From Azolla caroliniana (Eukaryota; Plantae; Polypodiophyta): 64,000 nt of DNA. This document shows positions 47,521-63,300 of the stretch, piece after piece. Made by a program: the position numbers and the translations under genes. The DNA lies in the NCBI GenBank assembly GCA_043228905.1, contig JBHGNT010000100.1, positions 26,645 through 90,644 of the forward strand. The letters run 5' to 3'. Within the stretch, counting starts at the first letter, position 1, and the number at the start of each line of letters is the position of its first letter. The notes under the pieces are model-generated. The model made no database searches and was not told the DNA's origin. It worked only from the letters and a program-made list of their open reading frames with translations.

Positions 47521-50500
47521 AAATTCGGATATCACACGAGCCAGGTATGAACATTTTAATTTAACTCATAGCTCTTCTTAACTCACTCCTCAAATTTGGT
47601 AATTTCGTCATGTCTCTCGACCTGAGTTTGAAAATCTTGATTTTTTAATTCCATATCATAGCTAGCGTTGTTAGCTTCGATTCGCATGTTTGAACACAAA
47701 ATTCGGATATCACACGAGCCAGGTATGAACATTTTAATTTACTCAAGGGCTTCTCTCAACTCACTCCTCAAATTTGGTAATCTCATCATGTCTCTCGACC
47801 TGAGTTTGAAAATCTTGATTTTTTAATTCCATATCATAGCTAGCGTTGTTAGCTTCGATTCGCATGTTTGAACACAAAATTCGGATATCACACGAGCCAG
47901 GTATGAACATTTTAATTTACTCAAGGGCTTCTCTGAACTCACTCCTCAAATTTGGTAATCTCATCATGTCTCTCGACCTGAGTTTGAAAATCTTGATTTT
48001 TTAATTCCATATCATAGCTAGCGTTGTTAGCTTCGATTCGCATGTTTGAACACAAAAATCCGATATCACACGAGCCAGGTATGAACATTTTAATTTAACT
48101 CATAGCTCTTCTTAACTCACTCCTCAAATTTCGTAATTTCGTCATGTGTCTCGACCTGAGTTTGAAAATCTTGATTTTTTAATTCTATATCATAGGTAGC
48201 GTTGTTAGCTTCGATTCACATGTTTGAACACAAAATTCGGATATCACACGAGCCAGGTATGAACATTTTAATTTACTCAAGGGCTTCTCTCATCTCACTC
48301 CTCAAATTTGGTAATCTCATCATATCTCTCGACCTGAGTTTGAAAATCTTGATTTTTTAATTCCATATCATAGCTAGCGTTGTTAGCTTCGATTCGCATG
48401 TTTGAACACAAAAATAAGATATCACACGAGCCAGGTATGAACATTTTAATTTACTCAAGGGCTTCTCTCAACTCACTCCTCAAATTTGGTAATCTCATCA
48501 TGTCTTTCGACCTGAGTTTCAAAATCTTGATTTTTTAATTCCATATCATAGCTAGCGTTGTTAGCTTCGATTCGCATGTTTGAACACAAAAATCCGATAT
48601 CACACGAGCCAGGTATGAACATTTTAATTTACTCAAGGGCTTCTCTCAACTCACTCCTCAAATTTGGTAATTTCGTCCTGTCTCTCGACGTGAGTTTGAA
48701 AATCTTGATTTTTTAATCCATATCATATCTAGCGTTGTTAGCTTCGATTCGCATGTTTGAACACAAAAATCCGATATCACACGAGCCAGGTATGAACATT
48801 TTAATTTACTCAAGGGCTTCTCTCAACTCACTCCTCAAATTTGGTAATTTCGTCATGTCTCGCGACCTGAGTTTCAAAATCTTGATTTTTTAATTCCATA
48901 TCATAGCTAGCGTTGTTAGCTTCGATTCGCATGTTTGAACACAAAAATCCGATATCACACGAGCCAGGTATGAACATTTTAATTTAACTCATCGCTCTTC
49001 TTAACTCACTCCTCAAATTTGGTAATTTCGTCATGGCTCTCGACCTGAGTTTCAAAATCTTGATTTTTTAATTCCATATCATAGCTAGCGTAGTTAGCTT
49101 CGATTCGCATGTTTGAACACAAAAATCCGATATCACACGAGCCAGGTATGAACATTTTAATTTACTCAAGGGCTTTTCTCAACTCACTCCTGAAATTTGG
49201 TAATCTCATCATGTCTCTCGACCTGAGTTTTAAAATCTTGATTTTTTAACTCCATATCATAGCTAGCATTGTTAGCTCGGATTCACATGTTTGAACACAA
49301 AAATCCGATATCACACGAGCCAAGTATGAACATTTTAATTTACTCAAAGGCTTCTCTCAACTCACTCCTCAAATTTGGTAATTTCGTCATGTCTTTTGAC
49401 CTGAGTTTGAAAATCTTGATTTTTTAATTCCATATCATAGCTAGCGTTGTTAGCTTCGATATCACACGAGCCAGGTATGAACATTTTAATTTACTCAAGG
49501 GCTTCTCTCAACTCACTCCTCAAATTTGGTAATCTCATCATGTCTCTCGACCTGAATTTGAAAATCTTGATTTTTTAATTCCATATCATAGCTAGCGTAG
49601 TTAGCTTCGATTCGCATGTTTGAACACAAAAATCCGATATCACACGAGCCAGGTATGAACATTTTAATTTACTCAAGGGCTTCTCTCAACTCACTCCTCA
49701 AATTTGGTAATTTCGTCATGGCTCTCGACCTGAGTTTCAAAATCTTGATTTTTTAATTCCATATCATAGCTAGCGTTGTTAGTTTCGATTCGCATATTTG
49801 AACACAAAAATCCGATATCACACGAGCCAGGTATGAACATTTTAATTTAACTCATAGCTCTTCTTAACTCACTCCTCAAATTTGGTAATTTCGTCATGGC
49901 TCTCGACCTGAGTTTCAAAATCTTGATTTTTTAACTCCATATCATAGCTAGCGTTGTTAGCTTCGATTCGCATGTTTGAACAGAAAAATCCGATATCACA
50001 CGAGCCAGGTATGAACATTTTAATTTACTCAAGGGCTTCTCTCAACTCACTCCTCAAATTTGGTAATCTCATCATGTCTCTCGACCTGAGTTTGAAAATC
50101 TTGATTTTTTAATTCCATATCATAGCTAGCGTTGTTAGCTTCGATTCGCATGTTTGAACACAAAAATCCGATATCACACGAGCCAGGTATGAACATTTTA
50201 ATTTACTCAAGGGCTTCTCTCAACTCACTCCTCAAATTTGGTAATCTCATCATGTCTCTCGACCTGAGTTTGAAAATCTTGATTTTTTAATTCCATATCA
50301 TAGCTAGCGTTGTTAGCTTCGATTCGCATGTTTGAACACAAAAATCCGATATCACACGAGCCAGGTATGAACATTTTAATTTACTCAAGGGCTTCTCTCA
50401 ACTCACTCCTCAAATTTGGTAATTTCGTCATGTCTCGCGACCTGAGTTTCAAAATCTTGATTTTTTAATTCCATATCATAGCTAGCGTAGTTAGCTTCGA

Positions 50501-52419
50501 TTCGCATGTTTGAACACAAAAATCCGATATCACACGAGCCAGGTATGAACATTTTAATTTACTCAAGGGCTTCTCTCAACTCACTCCTCAAATTTGGTAA
50601 TTTCGTCATGGCTCTCGACCTGAGTTTCAAAATCTTGATTTTTTAATTCCATATCATAGCTAGCGTTGTTAGTTTCGATTCGCATATTTGAACACAAAAA
50701 TCCGATATCACACGAGCCAGGTATGAACATTTTAATTTAACACATAGCTCTTCTTAACTCACTCCTCAAATTTGGTAATTTCGTCATGGCTCTCGACCTG
50801 AGTTTCAAAATCTTGATTTTTTAACTCCATATCATAGCTAGCGTTGTTAGCTTCGATTCGCATGTTTGAACACAAAAATCCGATATCACACGAGCCAGGT
50901 ATGAACATTTTAATTTACTCAAGGGCTTCTCTCAACTCACTCCTCAAATTTGGTAATCTCATCATGTCTCTCGACCTGAGTTTGAAAATCTTGATTTTTT
51001 AATTCCATATCATAGCTAGCGTTGTTAGCTTCGATTCGCATGTTTGAACACAAAAATCCGATATCACACGAGCCAGGTATGAACATTTTAATTTACTCAA
51101 GGGCTTCTCTCAACTCACTCCTCAAATTTGGTAATCTCATCATGTCTCTCGACCTGAGTTTGAAAATCTTGATTTTTTAATTCCATATCATAGCTAGCGT
51201 TGTTAGCTTCGATTCGCATGTTTGAACACAAAAATCCGATATCACACGAGCCAGGTATGAACATTTTAATTTACTCAAGGGCTTCTCTCAACTCACTCCT
51301 CAAATTTGGTAATTTCGTCATGTCTCGCGACCTGAGTTTCAAAATCTTGATTTTTTAATTCCATATCATAGCTAGCGTAGTTAGCTTCGATTCGCATGTT
51401 TGAACACAGAAATCCGATATCACACGAGCCAGGTATGAACATTTTAATTTAACTCATCGCTCTTCTTAACTCACTCCTCAAATTTGGTAATTTCGTCATG
51501 GCTCTCGACCTGAGTTTTAAAATCTTGATTTTTTAATTCCATATCATAGCTAGCGTTGTTAGCTTCGATTCGCATGTTTGAACACAAAATTCCGATATCA
51601 CACGAGCCAGGTATGAACATTTTAATTTACTCAAGGGCTTCTCTCAACTCACTCCTCAAATTTGGTAATCTCATCATGTCTCTCGACCTGAGTTTGAAAA
51701 TCTTGATTTTTTAATTCCATATCATAGCTAGCGTTGTTAGTTTCGATTCGCATATTTGAACACAAAAATCCGATATCACACGAGCCAGGTATGAACATTT
51801 TAATTTAACTCATAGCTCTTCTTAACTCACTCCTCAAATTTGGTAATTTCGTCATGGCTCTCGACCTGAGTTTCAAAATCTTGATTTTTTAACTCCATAT
51901 CATAGCTAGCGTTGTTAGCTTCGATTCGCATGTTTGAACACAAAATTCTGATATCACACGAGCCAGGTATGAACATTTTAATTTACTCAAGGGCTTCTCT
52001 CAACTCACTCCTCAAATTTGGTAATCTCATCATGTCTCTCGACCTGAGTTTGAAAATCTTGATTTTTTAATTCCATATCATAGCTAGCATAGTTAGCTTC
52101 GATTCGCATGTTTGAACACAAAAATCCGATATCACACGAGCCAGGTATGAACATTTTAATTTACTCAAGGGCTTCTCTCAAACTCACTCCTCAAATTTGG
52201 TAATTTCGTCATGTCTCTCGACCTGAGTTTCAAAATCTTAATTTTTTAATTCCATATCATAGCTAGCGTTGTTAGCTTCGATTCGCATGTTTGAACACAA
52301 AAATCCGATATCACACGAGCCAGGTATGAACATTTTAATTTACTCAAGGGCTTCTCTCAACTCACTCCTCAAATTTGGTAATTTCGTCATGTCTCGCGAC
52401 CTGAGTTTCAAAATCTTGA

Positions 52420-55110
52420 TTTTTTAATTCCATATCATAGCTAGCGTAGTTAGCTTCGATTCGCATGTTTGAACACAAAAATCCGATATCACACAAGCCA
52501 GGTATGAACATTTTAATTTAACTCATCGCTCTTCTTAACTCACTCCTCAAATTTGGTAATTTCGTCATGGCTCTCGACCTGAGTTTCAAAATCTTGATTT
52601 TTTAATTCCATATCATAGCTAGCGTTGTTAGCTTCGATTCGCATGTTTGAACACAAAATTCCGATATCACACGAGCCAGGTATGAACATTTTAATTTACT
52701 CAAGGGCTTCTCTCAACTCACTCCTCAAATTTGGTAATCTCTTCATGTCTCTCGACCTGAGTTTGAAAATCTTGATTTTTTAATTCCATATCATAGCTAG
52801 CGTTGTTAGTTTCGATTCGCATATTTGAACACAAAAATCCGATATCACACGAGCCAGGTATGAACATTTTAATTTAACTCATAACTCTTCTTAACTCACT
52901 GCACAAATTTGGTAATTTCGTCATGGCTCTCGACCTGAGTTTCAAAATCTTGATTTTTTAACTCCATATCATAGCTAGCGTTGTTAGCTTCGATTCGCAT
53001 GTTTGAACACAAAAATCCGATATCACACGAGCCAGGTATGAACATTTTAATTTACTCAAGGGCTTCTCTCAACTCACTCCTCAAATTTGGTAATCTCATC
53101 ATGTCTCTCGACCTGAGTTTGAAAATCTTGATTTTTTAATTCCATATCATAGCTAGCGTAGTTAGCTTCGATTCGCATGTTTGAACACAAAATTCGGATA
53201 TCACACGAGCCAGGTATGAACATTTTAATTTACTCAAGGGCTTCTCTCAACTCACTCCTCAAATTTGGTAATCTCATCATGTCTCTCGACCTGAGTTTTA
53301 AAATCTTGATTTTTTAATTCCATATCATAGCTAGCGTTGTTAGCTTCGATTCGCATGTTTGAACACAAAAATCCGATATCACACGAGCCAGGTATGAACA
53401 TTTTAATTTACTCAAGGGCTTCTCTCAAACTCACTCCTCAAATTTGGTAATTTCGTCATGTCTCGCGACCTCAGTTTCAAAATCTTGATTTTTTAATTCC
53501 ATATCATAGCTAGCGTAGTTAGCTTCGATTCGCATGTTTGAACACAAAAATCCGATATCACACGAGCCAGGTATGAACATTTTAATTTACTCAAGGGCTT
53601 CTCTCAAACTCACTCCTCAAATTTGGTAATTTCGTCATGGCTCTCGACCTGAGTTTCAAAATCTTGATTTTTTAATTCCATATCATAGCTAGCGTTGTTA
53701 GCTTCGATTCGCATGTTTGAACACAAAAATCCGATATCACACGAGCCAGGTATGAACATTTTAATTTAACTCATAGCTCTTCTTAACTCACTCCTCAAAT
53801 TTCGTAATTTCGTCATGTCTCTCGACCTGAGTTTGAAAATCTTGATTTTTTAATTCCATATCATAGCTAGCGTAGTTAGCTTCGATTCGCATGTTTGAAC
53901 ACAAAAATCCGATATCACACAAGCCAGGTATGAACATTTTAATTTAACTCATCGCTCTTCTTAACTCACTCCTCAAATTTGGTAATTTCGTCATGGCTCT
54001 CGACCTGAGTTTCAAAATCTTGATTTTTTAATTCCATATCATAGCTAGCGTTGTTAGCTTCGATTCGCATGTTTGAACACAAAATTCCGATATCACACGA
54101 GCCAGGTATGAACATTTTAATTTACTCAAGGGCTTCTCTCAACTCACTCCTCAAATTTGGTAATCTCTTCATGTCTCTCGACCTGAGTTTGAAAATCTTG
54201 ATTTTTTAATTCCATATCATAGCTAGCGTTGTTAGTTTCGATTCGCATATTTGAACACAAAAATCCGATATCACACGAGCCAGGTATGAACATTTTAATT
54301 TAACTCATAACTCTTCTTAACTCACTGCACAAATTTGGTAATTTCGTCATGGCTCTCGACCTGAGTTTCAAAATCTTGATTTTTTAACTCCATATCATAG
54401 CTAGCGTTGTTAGCTTCGATTCGCATGTTTGAACACAAAAATCCGATATCACACGAGCCAGGTATGAACATTTTAATTTACTCAAGGGCTTCTCTCAACT
54501 CACTCCTCAAATTTGGTAATCTCATCATGTCTCTCGACCTGAGTTTGAAAATCTTGATTTTTTAATTCCATATCATAGCTAGCGTAGTTAGCTTCGATTC
54601 GCATGTTTGAACACAAAATTCGGATATCACACGAGCCAGGTATGAACATTTTAATTTACTCAAGGGCTTCTCTCAACTCACTCCTCAAATTTGGTAATCT
54701 CATCATGTCTCTCGACCTGAGTTTTAAAATCTTGATTTTTTAATTCCATATCATAGCTAGCGTTGTTAGCTTCGATTCGCATGTTTGAACACAAAAATCC
54801 GATATCACACGAGCCAGGTATGAACATTTTAATTTACTCAAGGGCTTCTCTCAAACTCACTCCTCAAATTTGGTAATTTCGTCATGTCTCGCGACCTCAG
54901 TTTCAAAATCTTGATTTTTTAATTCCATATCATAGCTAGCGTAGTTAGCTTCGATTCGCATGTTTGAACACAAAAATCCGATATCACACGAGCCAGGTAT
55001 GAACATTTTAATTTACTCAAGGGCTTCTCTCAAACTCACTCCTCAAATTTGGTAATTTCGTCATGGCTCTCGACCTGAGTTTCAAAATCTTGATTTTTTA
55101 ATTCCATATC
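52420..55110 (+). repeat. Tandem duplication, period 1426 bp (8 monomers)
   Basis: Rare variants CACACAAGCC (52495/53921), CACTGCACAAA and GACCTCAG recur at +1426. Ends approximate. Confidence 0.78.
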
Positions 55111-55439
55111 ATAGCTAGCGTAGTTAGCTTCGATTCGCATGTTTGAACACAAAAATCCGATATCAAACGAGCCAGGTATGAACATTTTAATTTACTCAAG
55201 GGCTTCTCTCAACTCACTCCTCAAATTTGGTAATTTCGTCATGTCTCGCGACCTGAGTTTCAAAATCTTGATTTTTTAATTCCATATCATAGCTAGCGTA
55301 GTTAGCTTCGAATCGCATGTTTGAACACAAAAATCCGATATCACACGAGCCAGGTATGAACATTTTAATTTACTCAAGGGCTTCTCTCAAACTCACTCCT
55401 CAAATTTGGTAATTTCGTCATGGCTCTCGACCTGAGTTT

Positions 55440-57590
55440 CAAAATCTTGATTTTTTAATTCCATATCATAGCTAGCGTTGTTAGCTTCGATTCGCATGTT
55501 TGAACACAAAAATCCGATATCACACGAGCCAGGTATGAACATTTTAATTTAACTCATAGCTCTTCTTAACTCACTCCTCAAATTTCGTAATTTCGTCATG
55601 TCTCTCGACCTGAGTTTGAAAATCTTGATTTTTTAATTCTATATCATAGGTAGCGTTGTTAGCTTCGATTCACATGTTTGAACACAAAATTCGGATATCA
55701 CACGAGCCAGGTATGAACATTTTAATTTACTCAAGGGCTTCTCTCATCTCACTCCTCAAATTTGGTAATCTCATCATATCTCTCGACCTGAGTTTCAAAA
55801 TCTTGATTTTTTAATTTCATATCATAGCTAGCGTAGTTAGCTTCGATTCGCATGTTTGAACACAAAATTCGGATATCACACGAGCCAGGTATGAACATTT
55901 TAATTTACTCAAGGGCTTCTCTCAACTCACTCCTCAAATTTGGTAATCTCATCATGTCTCTCGACCTGAGTTTGAAAATCTTGATTTTTTAATTCCATAT
56001 CATAGCTAGCGTTGTTAGCTTCGATTCGCATGTTTGAACACAAAAATCCGATATCACACGAGCCAGGTATGAACATTTTAATTTAACTCATAGCTCTTCT
56101 TAACTCACTCCTCAAATTTGGTAATCTCCTCATGTCTTTCGACCTGAGTTTCAAAATCTTGATTTTTTAATTCCATATCATAGCTAGCGTAGTTAGCTTC
56201 GATTCGCATGTTTGAACACAAAAATCCGATATCACACGAGCCAGGTATGAACATTTTAATTTACTCAAGGGCTTCTCTCAACTCACTCCTCAAATTTGGT
56301 AATCTCATCATGTCTCTCGACCTGAGTTTTAAAATCTTGATTTTTTAATTCCATATCATAGCTAGCGTTGTTAGCTTCGATTCGCATGTTTGAACACAAA
56401 AATCCGATATCACACGAGCCAGGTATGAACATTTTAATTTAACTCATAGCTCTTCTTAACTCACTCCTCAAATTTCGTAATTTCGTCATGTCTCTCGACC
56501 TGAGTTTGAAAATCTTGATTTTTTAATTCTATATCATAGGTAGCGTTGTTAGCTTCGATTCACATGTTTGAACACAAAATTCGGATATCACACGAGCCAG
56601 GTATGAACATTTTAATTTACTCAAGGGCTTCTCTCATCTCACTCCTCAAATTTGGTAATCTCATCATATCTCTCGACCTGAGTTTCAAAATCTTGATTTT
56701 TTAATTTCATATCATAGCTAGCGTAGTTAGCTTCGATTCGCATGTTTGAACACAAAATTCGGATATCACACGAGCCAGGTATGAACATTTTAATTTACTC
56801 AAGGGCTTCTCTCATCTCACTCCTCAAATTTGGTAATCTCATCATGTCTCTCGACCTGAGTTTGAAAATCTTGATTTTTTAATTCCATATCATAGCTAGC
56901 GTTGTTAGCTTCGATTCGCATGTTTGAACACAAAAATCCGATATCACACGAGCCAGGTATGAACATTTTAATTTAACTCATAGCTCTTCTTAACTCACTC
57001 CTCAAATTTGGTAATCTCCTCATGTCTTTCGACCTGAGTTTCAAAATCTTGATTTTTTAATTCCATATCATAGCTAGCGTAGTTAGCTTCGATTCGCATG
57101 TTTGAACACAAAAATCCGATATCACACGAGCCAGGTATGAACATTTTAATTTACTCAAGGGCTTCTCTCAACTCACTCCTCAAATTTGGTAATCTCATCA
57201 TGTCTCTCGACCTGAGTTTTAAAATCTTGATTTTTTAATTCCATATCATAGCTAGCGTTGTTAGCTTCGATTCGCATGTTTGAACACAAAAATCCGATAT
57301 CACACGAGCCAGGTATGAACATTTTAATTTAACTCATAGCTCTTCTTAACTCACTCCTCAAATTTCGTAATTTCGTCATGTCTCTCGACCTGAGTTTGAA
57401 AATCTTGATTTTTTAATTCTATATCATAGGTAGCGTTGTTAGCTTCGATTCACATGTTTGAACACAAAATTCGGATATCACACGAGCCAGGTATGAACAT
57501 TTTAATTTACTCAAGGGCTTCTCTCATCTCACTCCTCAAATTTGGTAATCTCATCATATCTCTCGACCTGAGTTTCAAAATCTTGATTTT
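55440..57590 (+). repeat. 5-monomer higher-order repeat, period 890 bp
   Basis: Variant AATTTCGTAA occurs at 55581, 56471 and 57361, with linked ATAGGTAGC and TTCACATG. Ends approximate. Confidence 0.8.
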
Positions 57591-60340
57591 TTAATTCCAT
57601 ATCATAGCTAGCGTTGTTAGCTTCGATTCGCATGTTTGAACACAAAAATCCGATATCACACGAGCCAGGTATGAACATTTTAATTTAACTCATCGCTCTT
57701 CTTAACTCACTCCTCAAATTTGGTAATTTCGTCATGGCTCTCGACCTGAGTTTCAAAATCTTGATTTTTTAATTCCATATCATAGCTAGCGTAGTTAGCT
57801 TCGATTCGCATGTTTGAACACAAAAATCCGATATCACACGAGCCAGGTATGAACATTTTAATTTACTCAAGGGCTTTTCTCAACTCACTCCTGAAATTTG
57901 GTAATCTCATGATGTCTCTCGACCTGAGTTTTAAAATCTTGATTTTTTAACTCCATATCTTAGCTAGCATTGTTAGCTCGGATTCGCATGTTTGAACACA
58001 AAAATCCGATATCACACGAGCCAAGTATGAAGATTTTAATTTACTCAAGGGCTTCTCTCAACTCACTCCTCAAATTTGGTAATTTCGTCATGTCTTTTGA
58101 CCTGAGTTTGAAAATCTTGATTTTTTAATTCCATATCATAGCTAGCGTTGTTAGCTTCGATATCACACGAGCCAGGTATGAACATTTTAATTTACTCAAG
58201 GGCTTCTCTCAACTCACTCCTCAAATTTGGTAATCTCATCATGTCTCTCGACCTGAGTTTGAAAATCTTGATTTTTTAATTCCATATCATAGCTAGCGTA
58301 GTTAGCTTCGATTCGCATGTTTGAACACAAAAATCCGATATCACACGAGCCAGGTATGAACATTTTAATTTACTCAAGGGCTTCTCTCAACTCACTCCTC
58401 AAATTTGGTAATGTCGTCATGGCTCTCGACCTGAGTTTCAAAATCTTGATTTTTTAATTCCATATCATAGCTAGCGTTGTTAGTTTCGATTCGCATATTT
58501 GAACACAAAAATCCGATATCACACGAGCCAGGTATGAACATTTTAATTTAACTCATAGCTCTTCTTAACTCACTCCTCAAATTTGGTAATTTCGTCATGG
58601 CTCTCGACCTGAGTTTCAAAATCTTGATTTTTTAACTCCATATCATAGCTAGCGTTGTTAGCTTCGATTCGCATGTTTGAACACAAAAATCCGATATCAC
58701 ACGAGCCAGGTATGAACATTTTAATTTACTCAAGGGCTTCTCTCAACTCACTCCTCAAATTTGGTAATCTCATCATGTCTCTCGACCTGAGTTTGAAAAT
58801 CTTGATTTTTTAATTCCATATCATAGCTAGCGTTGTTAGCTTCGATTCGCATGTTTGAACACAAAAATCCGATATCACACGAGCCAGGTATGAACATTTT
58901 AATTTACTCAAGGGCTTCTCTCAACTCACTCCTCAAATTTGGTAATCTCATCATGTCTCTCGACCTGAGTTTGAAAATCTTGATTTTTTAATTCCATATC
59001 ATAGCTAGCGTTGTTAGCTTCGATTCGCATGTTTGAACACAAAAATCCGATATCACACGAGCCAGGTATGAACATTTTAATTTACTCAAGGGCTTCTCTC
59101 AACTCACTCCTCAAATTTGGTAATTTCGTCATGTCTCGCGACCTGAGTTTCAAAATCTTGATTTTTTAATTCCATATCATAGCTAGCGTTGTTAGCTTCG
59201 ATTCGCATGTTTGAACACAAAAATCCGATATCACACGAGCCAGGTATGAACATTTTAATTTAACTCATAGCTCTTCTTAACTCACTCCTCAAATTTCGTA
59301 ATTTCGTCATGTCTCTCGACCTGAGTTTGAAAATCTTGATTTTTTAATTCTATATCATAGGTAGCGTTGTTAGCTTCGATTCACATGTTTGAACACAAAA
59401 TTCGGATATCACACGAGCCAGGTATGAACATTTTAATTTACTCAAGGGCTTCTCTCATCTCACTCCTCAAATTTGGTAATCTCATCATATCTCTCGACCT
59501 GAGTTTCAAAATCTTGATTTTTTAATTCCATATCATAGCTAGCGTTGTTAGCTTCGATTCGCATGTTTGAACACAAAAATCCGATATCACACGAGCAAGG
59601 TATGAACATTTTAATTTAACTCATCGCTCTTCTTAACTCACTCCTCAAATTTGGTAATTTCGTCATGGCTCTCGACCTGAGTTTCAAAATCTTGATTTTT
59701 TAATTCCATATCATAGCTAGCGTAGTTAGCTTCGATTCGCATGTTTGAACACAAAAATCCGATATCACACGAGCCAGGTATGAACATTTTAATTTACTCA
59801 AGGGCTTTTCTCAACTCACTCCTGAAATTTGGTAATCTCATGATGTCTCTCGACCTGAGTTTTAAAATCTTGATTTTTTAACTCCATATCTTAGCTAGCA
59901 TTGTTAGCTCGGATTCGCATGTTTGAACACAAAAATCCGATATCACACGAGCCAAGTATGAAGATTTTAATTTACTCAAGGGCTTCTCTCAACTCACTCC
60001 TCAAATTTGGTAATTTCGTCATGTCTTTTGACCTGAGTTTGAAAATCTTGATTTTTTAATTCCATATCATAGCTAGCGTTGTTAGCTTCGATATCACACG
60101 AGCCAGGTATGAACATTTTAATTTACTCAAGGGCTTCTCTCAACTCACTCCTCAAATTTGGTAATCTCATCATGTCTCTCGACCTGAGTTTGAAAATCTT
60201 GATTTTTTAATTCCATATCATAGCTAGCGTAGTTAGCTTCGATTCGCATGTTTGAACACAAAAATCCGATATCACACGAGCCAGGTATGAACATTTTAAT
60301 TTACTCAAGGGCTTCTCTCAACTCACTCCTCAAATTTGGT
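57230..60340 (+). repeat. Tandem duplication, period 1931 bp (11 monomers minus 27 bp)
   Basis: The 27-bp-deletion monomer occurs at 58161 and 60092, with shared variants ATGAAGATT, CTCATGATG and ATATCTTAGC. Ends approximate. Confidence 0.8.
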
Positions 60341-63300
60341 AATCTCATCATGTCTCTCGACCTGAGTTTGAAAATCTTGATTTTTTAATTCCATATCATA
60401 GCTAGCGTTGTTAGTTTCGATTCGCATATTTGAACACAAAAATCCGATATCACACGAGCCAGGTATGAACATTTTAATTTAACTCATAGCTCTTCTTAAC
60501 TCACTCCTCAAATTTGGTAATTTCGTCATGGCTCTCGACCTGAGTTTCAAAATCTTGATTTTTTAACTCCATATCATAGCTAGCGTTGTTAGCTTCGATT
60601 CGCATGTTTGAACACAAAAATCCGATATCACACGAGCCAGGTATGAACATTTTAATTTACTCAAGGGCTTCTCTCAACTCACTCCTCAAATTTGGTAATC
60701 TCATCATGTCTCTCGACCTGAGTTTGAAAATCTTGATTTTTTAATTCCATATCATAGCTAGCGTAGTTAGCTTCGATTCGCATGTTTGAACACAAAAATC
60801 CGATATCACACGAGCCAGGTATGAACATTTTAATTTACTCAAGGGCTTCTCTCAAACTCACTCCTCAAATTTGGTAATTTCGTCATGTCTCTCGACCTGA
60901 GTTTCAAAATCTTGATTTTTTAATTCCATATCATAGCTAGCGTTGTTAGCTTCGATTCGCATGTTTGAACACAAAAATCCGATATCACACGAGCCAGGTA
61001 TGAACATTATAATTTACTCAAGGGCTTCTCTCAACTCACTCCTCAAATTTGGTAATTTCGTCATGTCTCGCGACCTGAGTTTCAAAATCTTGATTTTTTA
61101 ATTCCATATCATAGCTAGCGTAGTTAGCTTCGATTCGCATGTTTGAACACAAAAATCCGATATCACACAAGCCAGGTATGAACATTTTAATTTAACTCAT
61201 CGCTCTTCTTAACTCACTCCTCAAATTTGGTAATTTCGTCATGGCTCTCGACCTGAGTTTCAAAATCTTGATTTTTTAATTCCATATCATAGCTCGCGTT
61301 GTTAGCTTCGATTCGCATGTTTGAACACAAAATTCCGATATCACACGAGCCAGGTATGAACATTTTAATTTACTCAAGGGCTTCTCTCAACTCACTCCTC
61401 AAATTTGGTAATCTCTTCATGTCTCTCGACCTGAGTTTGAAAATCTTGATTTTTTAATTCCATATCATAGCTAGCGTTGTTAGTTTCGATTCGCATATTT
61501 GAACACAAAAATCCGATATCACACGAGCCAGGTATGAACATTTTAATTTAACTCATAACTCTACTTAACTCACTCCACAAATTTGGTAATTTCGTCATGG
61601 CTCTCGACCTGAGTTTCAAAATCTTGATTTTTTAATTCCATATCATAGCTAGCGTTGTTAGCTTCGATTCGCATGTTTGAACACAAAATTCGGATCTCAC
61701 ACGAGCCAGGTATGAACATTTTAATTTACTCAAGGGCTTCTCTCAACTCACTCCTCAAATTTGGTAATCTCATCATGTCTCTCGACCTGAGTTTTAAAAT
61801 CTTGATTTTTTAATTCCATATCATAGCTAGCGTTGTTAGCTTCGATTCGCATGTTTGAACACAAAATTCGGATATCACACGAGCCAGGTATGAACATTTT
61901 AATTTACTCAAGGGCTTCTCTCAACTCACTCCTCAAATTTGGTAATCTCATCATGTCTCTCGACCTGAGTTTTAAAATCTTGATTTTTTAATTCCATATC
62001 ATAGCTAGCGTTGTTAGCTTCGATTCGCATGTTTGAACACAAAAATCCGATATCACACGAGCCAGGTATGAACATTTTAATTTACTCAAGGGCTTCTCTC
62101 AAACTCACTCCTCAAATTTGGTAATTTCGTCATGTCTCGCGACCTCAGTTTCAAAATCTTGATTTTTTAATTCCATATCATAGCTAGCGTAGTTAGCTTC
62201 GATTCGCATGTTTGAACACAAAAATCCGATATCACACGAGCCAGGTATGAACATTTTAATTTACTCAAGGGCTTCTCTCAAACTCACTCCTCAAATTTGG
62301 TAATTTCGTCATGGCTCTCGACCTGAGTTTCAAAATCTTGATTTTTTAATTCCATATCATAGCTAGCGTTGTTAGCTTCGATTCGCATGTTTGAACACAA
62401 AAATCCGATATCACACGAGCCAGGTATGAACATTTTAATTTAACTCATAGCTCTTCTTAACTCACTCCTCAAATTTCGTAATTTCGTCATGTCTCTCGAC
62501 CTGAGTTTGAAAATCTTGATTTTTTAATTCTATATCATAGGTAACGTTGTTAGCTTCGATTCACATGTTTGAACACAAAATTCGGATATCACACGAGCCA
62601 GGTATGAACATTTTAATTTACTCAAGGGCTTCTCTCATCTCACTCCTCAAATTTGGTAATCTCATCATATCTCTCGACCTGAGTTTCAAAATCTTGATTT
62701 TTTAATTTCATATCATAGCTAGCGTAGTTAGCTTCGATTCGCATGTTTGAACACAAAATTCGGATATCACACGAGCCAGGTATGAACATTTTAATTTACT
62801 CAAGGGCTTCTCTCAACTCACTCCTCAAATTTGGTAATCTCATCATGTCTCTCGACCTGAGTTTGAAAATCTTGATTTTTTAATTCCATATCATAGCTAG
62901 CGTTGTTAGCTTCGATTCGCATGTTTGAACACAAAAATCCGGTATCACACGAGCCAGGTATGAACATTTTAATTTAACTCATAGCTCTTCTTAACTCACT
63001 CCTCAAATTTGGTAATCTCCTCATGTCTTTCGACCTGAGTTTCAAAATCTTGATTTTTTAATTCCATATCATAGCTAGCGTAGTTAGCTTCGATTCGCAT
63101 GTTTGAACACAAAAATCCGATATCACACGAGCCAGGTATGAACATTTTAATTTACTCAAGGGCTTCTCTCAACTCACTCCTCAAATTTGGTAATCTCATC
63201 ATGTCTCTCGACCTGAGTTTTAAAATCTTGATTTTTTAATTCCATATCATAGCTAGCGTTGTTAGCTTCGATTCGCATGTTTGAACACAAAAATCCGATA

